IMG/VR virus record: IMGVR_UViG_3300029928_000001
Location: 64,001 to 128,000 of that record
Direction: 5' to 3' (one strand)
DNA length: 64,000 nucleotides
From: a virus
Lineage: Duplodnaviria > Caudoviricetes
Shown here in pieces: positions 33,626 to 46,561 of this stretch. The position numbers and the translations under genes are program-made. The notes beneath the pieces are model-generated. The model searched no databases and was not told where the DNA came from. It worked only from the letters and a program-made list of their open reading frames with translations. Within the stretch, counting starts at the first letter, position 1. Each line of letters starts with the position of its first letter.

Positions 33626-35293
33626 TTAAAAACTACCCCATACCATATTCATAGTAAGAGAAGCTCCATCTGCATTAAGCGTAATCGTATCTGATTTAAA
33701 GTTAAAGACAGCATCAACACCTATATTGTTGCTATCTGTTACAGTTGTTGTTACTTGGATATCTTTACCAGCAGTCTTTGCTTCTGCCGTTTGAGTTGCA
33801 CCGGTAAGAGTTGGAATACTATTAACGATTTCTTCTTCACCAGTTACAATTTTTGTAACATGACCATTATCTACTTCAAGAGATTTAACAACTGTAATTG
33901 TCTTAGTCTTTTGATAATCAGTTACTGCTCCATAAGCGGAACTATCCTCAGCGGCAGGAGTTTCTGTCGCTATATCAGCATGCGCTACAGTTACGACTCT
34001 ATCTCCATCTTCGGCAGTGTCATCAGTTAAAGTAACTTGTTTCCCTTCAGCTAATTTAATTCCACCAAGAATAGTTGGAGTGAGTGCTCCATCAGTAAGT
34101 TCAATACCATGAGTTACTTTTGTAACTTTAGTTTCATATTCATTACCAGAAGGAACAATCTCAAAACTAAAGCCAGTTTTAAGTAAACCAGTTGCTTCAT
34201 CTTCAGTACCTTGCGCAATTAATAAATCACCAACTTTAACTGTCTCACCATTATAAGTGAAATTACTCTTAGCCTTGTAAGTATCACCGTTTCTAGCTTC
34301 AGTTATTGCATCTGGACTTGCTACTGTACCACCAGTGCCAATAGTACCCTTAAATACCATTGCATCAGCAACTTTTAAAGCTTTATCAATTTCATCAGTA
34401 ATTTTTTTATCAGTTTGCGTAATCGTATAAACATCAAGAGCCGCCGCACCTTTTTGGAAATGCACATCTTTAGTATTTCCTTCAGCGCCAATTGTTACAA
34501 TAGGATCAAGGACAGAACTTGTCACATCAGTACCAGAAGTTTGCTTAGTCGTAAAAGTAAAACCAGTATCTCCATTTGCAAAAGTATGTTCTGTAACTTC
34601 TTGAACTGAAGCATCAATAGTAATACTTTTTTCTCCAGCGGTAACTGCTGCAATATTTGCACCACCAATTAAAGTAATTTCTTCATCGCTAGTGGTTGTA
34701 GTTCCATCTGCCGCTGTAACAATACTATGTTGTTTAATAGTTGCAGCTTTTTTATTATCTTTAACTTGCTCTGTTAATAAAGTTAAAGTGACCCCGCCAG
34801 TACCAGAAGAAGAAATAGTAATTTCTTTTTCATTAACTGTTAAAGTAATACCCGCGCCTTCTACTAAAGCAAAAGAATCAGCTTTAGTTGCCCCATCAGT
34901 GTCAGATGCAGTACTAGTGTCAGATACAGTACTAGTAATAGTTACTTTTTTATCTGTTTTGTCACTCACAGAGGTGGAAAAATCTTTTAATTTTGTATCT
35001 GCATTAATTTGAATAAAATTTCCTTTACTCCATACGCAAAGAACATTTTCTGCGGTTGCAAAATAAAATTGACCTGGCTCTGCGGCAGCTGGTAAAGTTG
35101 CAACATTAGCTACTGTAATTACGCCCTGATTTACTGGAACCGGACCAGCAACTGTACCAATGTATAATCTGTTAGTATCACTTGTTAAATAAAATGCACC
35201 TTCAATAGTACCAGCAGGAGTAGCAATTAAGTTATTAACGCCGGCTTGAGTACCAGATAAAAACTATAAATTTTTACCATTTAAATTTGCCAT
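33626..35293 (-). CDS. Thr/Ala-rich tail fibre/spike protein, 555 aa, single TAG at codon 10
   Basis: MANLNGKNL[Q]FLSG..EGAFYLTSDTNRLYIG, DAMVFKGT..GDTYK, terminal WGSF. Confidence 0.8.
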
Positions 35294-35313
35294 TATTTAT
35301 GACTCCTTTCATA

Positions 35314-36132
35314 TTATTCGTCTGTAATTGTCATCCATTTTAATCTACCATCAATTTCGGTAATTTTTTCAACTAAAGTATTATTCTCTCCACCATAACT
35401 GCTTAAATCACCAATTTTTTCTTGGACGATAGTATTAAAATTATTTGTAACTAAAGTACCAACTTCTGCTTTAGTTACATAATCGCTTAAATCAGTTTTC
35501 CAATCACCGACTTTTTCTAATGCCCCATTGACTACAATATACTCATCATAAGTATTTTCACCATTCGGCACAAGATAAATATATTGTTCTGCATCTGCTG
35601 CTGTAAGGTCAATTGCCTCTACAGAATCAACAATTTTACGAGATAAGGACTGATTTAATTTACTATTAATTTCATCTTTAGTATAAACATTTAAAACTTC
35701 AACGGCTTGAACTGGAGTCATCCAACCCAAATTGCCGTCTTCTTGTTTATAAGGTAAAGTACCTATTTCCGCAGTTTCAAAATTTTTTAAGCTAAGAGTC
35801 CCAACTTTTGCTTTTTCAATAGATTTATCATCTACGGAAATAATATCACTAATAGAGCCGTTTTTCCATGTTTTCGATTGTTCATCGTAAATTAAGATTT
35901 GTTTATCACCTATTTCAGTAATAACAATATCCTATAAATTTCCTAAAGAACTACCAGCGGCTCCACCTGTGCCACCAATTAATCGAGACCCTAAATATAA
36001 AGACCCAGAACTGGAATCGGCACTATCATAAATAAAATATAAAGTATCATCAGACTTTTGTGCCAAATTAGCAAATGCCGTCTTCGATCCTCTGACAAAC
36101 TTTACATAATCATTAGTTGGTTTTAAAGCCAT
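35314..36132 (-). CDS. Tail-associated structural protein, 272 aa
   Basis: VKFVRG...DTLYFI...LYLG; IYLVP...YDEY....EKVG. Two track ORFs joined at TAG 35932-35934. Confidence 0.78.
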
Positions 36133-36180
36133 CCTTTACTCCTCTCTTTCAATGTTTATGAAGATTATTTTTTTATATTT

Positions 36181-36212
36181 AAAAAGACTTGACCAAAATG
36201 GTCAAGTCTTTT
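36181..36212 (-). terminator. Terminator hairpin overlapping the promoter-like motif
   Basis: AAAAGACTTGACCA-tt-TTGGTCAAGTCTTTTT. Confidence 0.7.
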
Positions 36213-36217
36213 ATTCA

Positions 36218-39200
36218 TTAAGCATTTTCTAAAGCATCTAACCTTGCTTCTATTTCAGATATTTTATTAGCTATATCCAATGTTTCTAAATTACTAATAC
36301 GCTCATCTAAACCAGTAGTAACTGTACTAATATTTACATCTTCTAAATCTTTTATTCGTTGACTTAAAGCACTATCCGCATTTTCACTAGCAGTTTTATT
36401 TTCAGCAACCGTATTAGTAAGAGTTGTTAAATCAGAACTGCCAGATGTTTTATTGTCATTTACTACTTTTGTTAAAATATCTATATTGTCTTGAAGTGTT
36501 TTATCAGCATTAGCTCGTACTGAAGCTTCTTCTTTTAAAGAACCAGGAGTCTCAGCCGTACCCATTAAAATACTTAACTTATATGCATTTTTACCAATAG
36601 CAGTAGCTAAAGTGTCACTCGCTTGAATTTCTCCTGACTAATTTCCACTATAACTAGATAACACGATATCGCCTAAATTAGTTTTAGTAAAACTAAAAGC
36701 TCCTGTGGTATCTTCTAAATTTACTGCAGTAATAACATTACCATTATCAGTCATTGAAGATGACACTTTCGGCAAAGTAATTTCATACTCTTCTAAAGTA
36801 TTTACATGCCCTTTCCCATCAATACTTACTTTTGGAATAACAAATTTATTGCCAAAATTAGGAGAGCTATTTTGCAACAAACCTTTTGTATTTACAGCAG
36901 TTTGCGCATTTTCATGCTCGATCAATAATTCATTATTATTAATTTTTGTATTTAACCAATTATCAGTAGTTTTTATACTAAAACTGTCATGAGTATTTTG
37001 AGCTTTATAAGAACCACTATCAGCATTTAATTCTTGAATACCATAAGGTAACGTAATAGTAGTTAATTCTTTGTTCGTAATATGACCCGCTGCATCTGAT
37101 AATGATTGACTAATTTCAATAGTATCACTTTTATTAGTGTTTAAATTTATTTGAGCAGTAACATCATCAATTTTATTTTTTTTGTTGTGTGTAATATATA
37201 CTTTTGGATTTGAAACATCTGGGTCAATATGAGTTGTAATCCATTCATCAGTAATAGAAGGCGCTGAATGCATTCTTCCATAGCTATCAGTTACCATAAA
37301 ATGACCACAATCTAAAATTTCAATTTTAGCAATAATATCATTTAAAGTATTTAACGTACCTTGTACAGTAGAAGTATTTCTAGTTGTTTCATTTCCATAT
37401 TCTAAGAAATTATTAATTTCCAATAGTAAACCATGAATGGTATTAAGTGTGCGCGCAAACCCTACTAAAGGTTTCATAGTATAACTATTGTCATTTTTGA
37501 CTCCTAAAGTAATATTATGGGTTACTGGTATTTGAGTATTCCAATGCGAGTATAGTGGTAAAATACCTTTTGTATCTTCATAAACAAAGAAATAATCATT
37601 GCCTAAATAGTATTGCCGGTTTGGTGTAGCTACGGCATTATTATCAATATAATAACGATTATTAAGACGATAGTAGTATTTTCCTGACTCATATAAATAT
37701 ACATCAGTTAAATCAATAATCTATGATTTTATTGCTTCTTTTGGTATAGTATAATATTTTCGGCCCGCAACAAAAGCTCCATTACCATCAAAATACCAAG
37801 ACTTTCCAATTTCATCTTTATAATAATACAAATCACTTTGATAAAAACCAATGTTAGAATATTGTTTAAAAGATAAAGTATAAAAATATTCTGGCTCTGA
37901 AGCGTCATATTCTGGTAATTCACTATTTAATTTAACTTTAATATAATTATCATCAATTAATTTATAATAATTTACTGCACTTATAGACTTATCCAAAGGA
38001 ACTGTTGGAGTTAAAATATATAATTCATTAACACTTTGGAATTTTGCGTCAGATGGATTATAAGTATAAAAAACTGGTTTTTTTGTTTCATTTTCATAAA
38101 TAATATCCTGCTCATCCCCAACAAATTGAATAAAAGTATTAGGTGTTTCATATATATATTTATAACTTGGCTCAACTGTGCCCAATGTTAAATCAACAAG
38201 TTTATTCGTAAGCACATCATAATATTTAGTCGATGTCTCTTTCCAAACTTCAAGAACGCCGCTATCATCATTATAAGTATAAAGATAAATTTCTCGCATT
38301 TCACCATCGATTAAACGAGTTATCTATTCTTTCTTTTTTCGTCTATAAGCCAACAACGCATTTTTATCACGATTTGCAATATCTGCACCATTCATAGCTT
38401 GACTAGCTCTATAGTAAGTTAAAGTTGGATCTAATCCACGTAAATCTAATTTATAAACAATTTTATCCTTTTCATCATTAACGGCAGAATAAAATCGTCC
38501 TCCTTCATAAATATATCTAGCATCATGACGCACAGGAGAACCATCTATTATATATTCAAAAGCTTGAGTTGGTCCATCAAGTTTCTTATCAAGATAGTAA
38601 TTTTCATCTTCTAAATAATAATATTTATTAGGTTCATATGTTGAATCTAAAGTAACAACAGAAACTTTAGTTTCATCAATGGTAAAATATTGTTTGTCCC
38701 TATAGAAAGTTTTATCATAAATAAAATCTCCATTAGAATTTCTCCAATAATATTTTTTACCATCCATTATACTTTCAAAAGTAGAAATAGGAATTTCTCT
38801 TATTCCACCATTTACTTTACGAATATAATAAGTTTCTTGTGCATCATAAGTTCCGGTGGCCTCTTCATATAAATCATTCTTTTTTATATAATAAGTAAAA
38901 TTATTATATGACTGTTCTGTTACCTCGGTCGCTTCTTCGTATATATAGCCATCTGTTTCAGAGCCAGTTTTATCATTGTTTAATGGTTTTAAATCATCTG
39001 AAGGAGCTTTTCGATAAAATTTATCTCCTAAATAATAAATTGCATCATTATTGGCAGAGTTTTCCGCGAATTCTTTAAAATTAAAGTCTTCTGGAATATC
39101 CTTTTTTTCCTAAATAATCATGCCCATTAAATCATGTACTGAATTAATTGCGCCCGCAAGTGTTTCAACGTCAGTCTTATGATATGTATAAGTTTCTTCT

Positions 39201-40561
39201 CCATCACTTTGAATTAATTGAAGCCGTCTGCCTGAGCCGTATACTGGACTATCTTTCCAAGAGATATCAGTTAAACGCTCAGAAACCTTATCTGTTCCTC
39301 CAGAACCGGTACCATATACTACATCCCACATTTGGCTAATAGCATTACCAATACCAGGCAATACCATAGAAATTTCTTGAGTATCAACTGCATGCTACGT
39401 TTTCCCCGGGATATGAGAATTATACTAAGTATCTGCCCATTGTCCTTTATCATCAGGAGATTGACTATAGCCAGTAGTATCAATCGTAAATTTATCTTTC
39501 AAAGAAGAAATATACCTTGCTTTTGGATTAAAACCTGCCTTATTATAATATATAGCCGCTGGTAAACGTCCATTCTCGCCAATTTCATCAAGTGTAGCAA
39601 ATTGCCGCCATGTACCTGCAGTAGTATAATAATACATTGTAATTTTATCGGTTTCTTTATTATAAACTTTTCTAATCCAAGTCGTTGTTTCATCAGATAA
39701 AATTTTGTCCGTATTCGGTTCTTGGATTGCAGAACCGTCAGAATGTTCTGCCCCAGCATGCTAAATGCGCATCCCCCAAGGAGACTACCAATGCAAATTA
39801 TAATATACATCTGTACTTGCGGCATCAAAATGAGGCGCGATAGGCATTTGCGTAGGCGCATCTACCGATATATCAAAAGTCGGCACTACAGTATTTAACT
39901 CGGCTACCATAACATATTTATCTTGCCCATTTATCAAAGTTTTTTGCCATACTGTAGAATCCCATCCATGTCCAGTTAATTCAAATCCTTTTTCTTTGGC
40001 ATATTGTATATCAATATTATAATTATTTGCGTAATTATTCTATGAAGTAATACTAGAATTAGTTACCTTATCAAAAATTGCATATTTTTTACCTTCTGAA
40101 AAATAGTTTTTTATACTAGGATCAGTTAAAGTTTGTGATTTTCCATTGACATACATGGTAGTAACACCATTCTCATCAATTTCAAAATAACCTACACAAG
40201 TATAATATATATTTTTTGTTCCTTCAATTATATATACTATAGTACCAAGAGTTGTAGTCATTAAAATTCCACCTGGGGTTATAAACTCTTCATCACTATA
40301 AAGAATTTTCCCTATGTCGCTAAAGTCTGCACTATAATATAAAATATAATGACCATTAACTAAATTTAATTTTTTATTAAAATATGCTTTCTTGTAATCT
40401 AAACTAGAAGCTTCAGTATCATATTCAATTAAAATATAACGTCCCACATAAATGCCATCAGTGCTAGCATTTTCATCCATTTGCTTTCTATTGGCATATA
40501 TTCTATCAAAAACAAAGGAACTATTTTTTTCAATATCTTTTATATTACCATAAAAACCCAT
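36218..40561 (-). CDS. Large tail/baseplate protein, 1447 aa, with Tyr-rich repeats
   Basis: MGFYGNI start; seven track ORFs share one frame, separated by TAG. Confidence 0.8.
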
Positions 40562-40563
40562 TA

Positions 40564-40914
40564 TTATTCCTCCTCTGTCTCATAGATAGCATCTACAATT
40601 AAATAAGCACCATTTGTATTTAAAATTTTATTAATTGAATCTTGATCAAAACTTAAAGCGGTGATATCAGTCAAACCACTCAAATCTAATTCATAAATTC
40701 CAGTACCTCCAATAAAAATTGGTTCAATACCTTCATTTAAATAAAATTTTACTCCAGGAATAGTCTAAATACCTAATTGTACAATTGATTGTGATTCGCC
40801 GCCATCTTTAAAAAATACCTAGCCATTAGAAAGAGTACTCAATGAAATATTACTTGGCTAATTGTCTTTATTATCAGGTCCATAATACCTGAATTGACTT
40901 ACTTTTTTTGCCAT
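40564..40914 (-). CDS. Small structural protein, 116 aa, three TAG
   Basis: RBS GGAGG. QFRYYG...VQLGI[Q]TIPGVKFYLN...IGGTGIYELD. Confidence 0.78.
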
Positions 40915-40927
40915 TATTGTACCTCCC

Positions 40928-43315
40928 TTAAATAATTCTTTGCGGCGCCATTTCGGCATCTATACTCATTGTACCATTATAAGATAATGGTATAGAAATT
41001 CTTGAAACTAAATATTCTCCATTGATTTTGCTTTCCTAATCATATACATATATTCTATTATTTGGCTCTAAGTAATAAACAGGTATAGCAGAAATATTGA
41101 TAGATTCTTGCCCATATGTGTATTCATATAAAAAAGAATCAATAACATCTTTTGCACTTTTTCCTTGCGCACTAATAGAAAACATATTTTTTACATGATT
41201 AGGCAAAATTACATAAGTATATCCAGTTTTATATTCTTCAGTATATTTATTATATTCTTCCAAATTATCAAAAAAAATTACATTTGGAGTTGTCCTATAA
41301 TAAATAGAATTCACATCTTGATCATTAACTGCTTTTGGCCTATCTCCTATTGCTTTAATTGAATATTTACCAAGTTCACCATCAGTACTTAAAAAATCAA
41401 ACCAAAAATTTAATAATTCTGGATTATATAATAGATTACGATTCCAATAATATAAGTTCGGATCATCAGTAAAATTTTCTTTAGGCTATTTTTCGTTTTC
41501 CCTTTGGGCAATCGGCAAAAAGAAATTACAAGACATACTATCCCATTCTTTAATAGAAGGCTACCAAGTTAATACTTTTGTAAAAGCACCTTCTATATTA
41601 TCACTGTCTATTGGTTGTTCAGTTGTTTCATAAACCCCACCTTTATATGTATATGTAGCTTGCGCATTTGGGTTATAAAGTTGCCGCCAAAATCCTTGCA
41701 TATCAATATAATATTGTTCATAACCAGTTTTTCCTTCTAAGTATGGACAATATATACTTCCATCATCTAATTTAATAGTATTATTTTCTTGAATAGTAAT
41801 TAAAAAATCATCTTCTTGATTATGTTTATAAAAATCTAAACACATTTGATAAATTAATTCTCGCCAATCTCTAATAATAATATTATATTTTTTTAAAGCA
41901 GATGGAATGATTACCTCTTTTGCTACATAAGCGGTTTTATCATAAGCTATATACCACTCTGGTTTATCATCAATGGCAATCCGCGAATGTAAAGCCACTG
42001 TATTATTATTTCCTATTTCTCGTTCGCCAAAAACAGAAAAATCATTTTTAATATTATTTAATTGTGGATTATGATTAATTGATGAGATTAACTTATTGCG
42101 TTCAAAATTATAAATAACTTTTGAAGCCATGGCGGCATTTTCCGCATAAACATCATCCTAAGTATCAATTAGACTATCCCAAGAAGTATTTAAATAAGTT
42201 CCTTTTCGTTCAAAAACAAACTATCCATCAATATTATAATAATATTGAAAATCTCCAAGCATATTTATAATTTTATCTAATACTGCATTTGTTATTGTAT
42301 CTCCGACTTGACCCATTAATTCTCCAGCATAAGTTAATTCTGTCATACGATAACCGGCCGTTTGCCCATACTCACACTTAGCAATATAATATTGTTTATC
42401 CCCAATAAGAACTGGTTCTAATTTTTCATTAAATCCATCAACTAAATTATAAATATGAGTTACATCTAAATCTTTTAACTTAACATTTGTGCCATCAAAA
42501 TACTAACAAAGCATTTCACCATTAAGAGTAATATTAGAACATGTATCTTTATTTTCAAATATAAAAAACATTGGATTTTCTACTCTATATTCCAATAATT
42601 CCAAACCAGTATCATCTACATCATTAATAATAATATTATAATAAGGCTCATTGGCATAAGTATGAATTGCTTCTCGAATAATTGTTTTAATAGGTACGGG
42701 AGTTAATGTACGCTCAATACTCTAAGTATAGTAAGATACTCCATCTTTAAATTCTTCAAAAGAAATAGTATATTCATCATTTTGTTTAATATAATACATA
42801 TTAGCTCTATATTCGCTTTTATCTTTAAAAGTAACTAATTCATATTTAGTATTTACTTCTTCAATATTAGCAAAATCAGTTGGCGCACTAATATTACCTC
42901 CAAGAGTTCCATTCAACATACACATTTTATCTTGTCCAGAAATATTAATATTAAAACCACCAGTAGAATAAGAAGTAGAAAAAGCAGTAATTAAATACGT
43001 CCCTTGCGGGAACCATATAATTTCCTCATCGGTAATTTCACTTTTTAGCCCAATTTCTAATTTGAACTTAGTTTTTAATCCCCAATAATAATCAGTAAGG
43101 TTAATATCTTTTGCCACTATATTTAAAGAAGAACAAGTCCGTCGAATCGCGGAGGAACCATCAATATTAATAGTCCCTCCAGTTATTCTACCTTCAATTG
43201 TTTCTATTGGTTCTTCGTCATAGGTTAATGCAATAATACGAGCATAAACTATTTTATTGCGCGATTCATCTAACTATTTTAAAAAATCTAAATCTAACAA
43301 AGGATTTTTAATCAT
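40928..43315 (-). CDS. Baseplate hub/tail-tip-like protein, 795 aa
   Basis: IEGRITGGTINIDGSSAIRRTC, WFPQG.Y, SGQDKMCMLNG, PVYYLEPN, IPLSYNGTM. Confidence 0.72.
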
Positions 43316-43316
43316 A

Positions 43317-46001
43317 TTATAAATCCTCCTCAGTTTTTAAATTGGTCAATAAAATTATATAATCTTTATACAAATCATAATATACTTGTTTTTCTTCTTC
43401 AGTCAAAGATGTTATTTTATTTTTTTCTTGTAAAGATTTTTTCATTTTATCTAATTGCTATTTCAATCTTTTTAATTCTGCGCTTTGATTTTCAATTGAA
43501 TAATTAGTAATTCTAGTGCTATATCCACATTCTAAAACTGTCCCAACCGTTAATTCTATAGAATTGAAAAGAATTGGACCTGCAACAGAGTATTCTTGAA
43601 TATCTCTTAAATCTATCGGCGATTTATCTATATAAACCTAAGTATCATAAATACCAAAACGTTCTACTAAAGCTGTATCCTATGAATATTGTAATAATAA
43701 ATTATAATCATCTTCATTTAAGAAAAATTTCTCAGGCTACTTTAGATCATAATAAATTGTATCTATTAATCCCTCTTCATCATTTAATAAATTTGGAACC
43801 TTAGCTTTATATATCGGATAAATATTATCACACTCAGGTGGAAAGATATAATTAAAAGAATCATCAATTTTTTCGACTTCTACTTCCACTTCAACAATAT
43901 CTCTTTTTAAAAAATGTAAATAATAAAAAGATGTAAGTGTTGTTTTTATATCATTTAAATTTGGAATAATATTTTCTGCTTCTCCAATATATTGTCGTAC
44001 TGGAATATCTTCAAAATCAACTGAAGTAATAGTATTAAATGTATTAGTAGAAGCTTCATAATAACTATAAGTTATCATTGGAGAGTTCAACGTTTGTTGT
44101 TTATATCTCTCTTTGGTTTCTTCGTCCAATTTAACACTAAAAATTTTTGAGCCAGTATCAATTTGATAAATTCCAGTAGCACCAATGATAATTGTTTGAC
44201 TCGCACTACTCATTCCTTCTGCTTTAATAATTAATTTATCACCTGGGCGAAAACCTTCTAATTTAATCGTAACCGCATAATCATTAGTAATAAAATCTTT
44301 ATCTAAAAAATCTTTTATCATTTCAGATTTAAAACGTAATATTTTTAATTCTGGAGAACTTGTCTACGTAATTCCATAAGAATTAAGATTATTGTAGGTA
44401 TAATCATCTATTTCATAAGCTGTACAACTAAAATTATGCAGCATACGCCCTAGAGTATCTTCTGGAGATAATGAAACATTCATTAATCGAACAATATAAT
44501 TACCTTCCCCAGGTGAACGAAATAATTTAGGCTCTCCATTATTCAACCATTCCAATACTTTTAATTTAAAAGTCCGCTCAGCAGAAAAATTAAAACCTGT
44601 CAGTTGAGTAGTACGAAAACGACTAGTTTCAAGTAATTTTTGATTTTCCGCCGCAGTTATATAATTTCCTTTTATCTAAAAACCATTTTTCTTATTTTTA
44701 AAATAAGCGTCATCAGGCTCAAAATCAGGGATTACTGTACCTAAACGAGTCAAACGACTCACTTTAGAATTTAATCCTATTTCTGTATCAGTCATAAACA
44801 AATGCTCTTCGTCTGATAAATAAGAAATTAAACCATTCAAATTAAATTCTTTATATTCTACGTTACCGTTCCGAGTAAAGAAAGCATATTTACTACCTAT
44901 TGTATCAGTTTTACTCTCTAATACATCAATTTTAAAATTAGAAACTTGTGGATTATAAGAAATTTTTAACTATTTATTACCGTCATATAAGAACATATCT
45001 TCAAAATCAGCAAAAATTTTATTAGACTATATTCTATTAGAATATAAATCAAAATCATTATATTGTTGTAATGAATAAATATATTCTTTTCCTTGTTCAA
45101 CAGTGAAATCTTTATGTTTCCAAGCGGAAGGCTGAATACCCTTACTCTTAAATCTAAGAATTTCCTCCCATTCTTTAAAATTACTATTTTCACAAGCGCG
45201 TGAGATTAGAAAAGCTCCCGACATTAATTTCTCTTCGCCTGTAGCTTCGTCTTCCTCTCCCTCCATAGTTAAAACAACATATCCATTATCTTTATTCACC
45301 TCTGCAAACAATGCTACTTGACTTTCTGGTTCAATAGATTGCTGTTGACTAATTCGATATATAGGACTAGCTACTTCTAAATTATTATTTGTAATAATTT
45401 TATACTACAAATAATAGGTATATCCTTTATCCAATTCAAACGGTATTAAAAATTCATCATGAGAAGTATGATTAGTATCATCATTAGAATTATTGTGAAT
45501 TTGCCATCCTGTATCTTTTAAAGTTTTATTTTCATCATTACTAAATATAAAACGATATTTATATTCTTTTTCAGTAATATCCTAATTATACTAACTATAA
45601 GTGCCAATATAATTATAAGATGAAGTATTTAAACGTCCGGATTTTAAATTATCTATACTTACTATGGGTTTCGTAGTATATTTAATTATACCTACTGTAG
45701 AATAATAACCTATTGTTCCATAAGTATCTATATATGCAATCTAAACTTTATAATGTTGTCCTACTTTTAATTTATTAACATAATCAGAAATATCAAATTT
45801 AACATAATATTCTGCATTAGTGTCTGATTCTAAAACTTTAGAGGTAGTAAATAAATATTTAGTATTCTAAATAGTTTTAATTTTTAAAGAAAAACCCTAT
45901 ACCTCTCCAGAGCCTACGCTCTTATTCATGGAAAAAGGGACAGTAAGACTGTCCCCATAAAATGATGGTATAGTTCCTTCAATATATGGAGGGTATAACA
46001 T
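43317..46001 (-). CDS. Distal-tail-like structural protein, 894 aa
   Basis: MLYPPYIEGTIP start; DTIGSKY.F.TRNGNV.YKEF, EWLNNGEPKLFRSP.EGNYIVRL; single frame. Confidence 0.72.
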
Positions 46002-46002
46002 T

Positions 46003-46155
46003 TTATTCCTCCTATTCTTCTTCAATCGAAGTCGCGCAAAGAGTGTTTAAAGCTTTTAAACATTCACTCATAAGAATTGTATCTGCTCCTTTAGTCGAGA
46101 TCTCCATTAAAGTATTTTTAATTTGTTGGACATAAGTTTGCTCTTGTTTTGTCAT
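46003..46155 (-). CDS. Small hypothetical protein, 50 aa
   Basis: MTKQEQ...NTLMEISTKGADTILMSECL; RBS GGAG. Confidence 0.6.
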
Positions 46156-46162
46156 ACTCCAC

Positions 46163-46534
46163 TCACTCCTTTATCATAAACATTAACGCATCCATTTGTT
46201 GCATTGTTAATGGCATATTTCCTAAGTCTTCTAAATCACATTGATAAAAATTAACTTCTTGTTGAATCGCAAATAATTTATTTAACTCATCAACTACATA
46301 TTGCATTTTATCAGGATCAATAATATATTGGTTAGTTTCTTCATTTAAAGTACCGTTAGAAGAAATAAGATTAATTCTTGTGTCTTCTACCTCTTGGATT
46401 AATGGTCTTAAAAGATTTATATTTTTTTGTATATAAAAATTAACTCTTACTGGAAAAATTAAATCTATTTTAGACAAAATTTGTTCATTTAAATTTTTTA
46501 AAATTGTATATAATTCTTCATTTGTATATAACAT
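46163..46534 (-). CDS. Hypothetical protein (tail region, TAG-free)
   Basis: RBS AAGGAG, 123 aa. Confidence 0.72.
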   Translation of the reverse strand: MLYTNEELYTILKNLNEQILSKIDLIFPVRVNFYIQKNINLLRPLIQEVEDTRINLISSNGTLNEETNQYIIDPDKMQYVVDELNKLFAIQQEVNFYQCDLEDLGNMPLTMQQMDALMFMIKE

Positions 46535-46561
46535 ATTAAAAACTCCTTTATCTCATATATA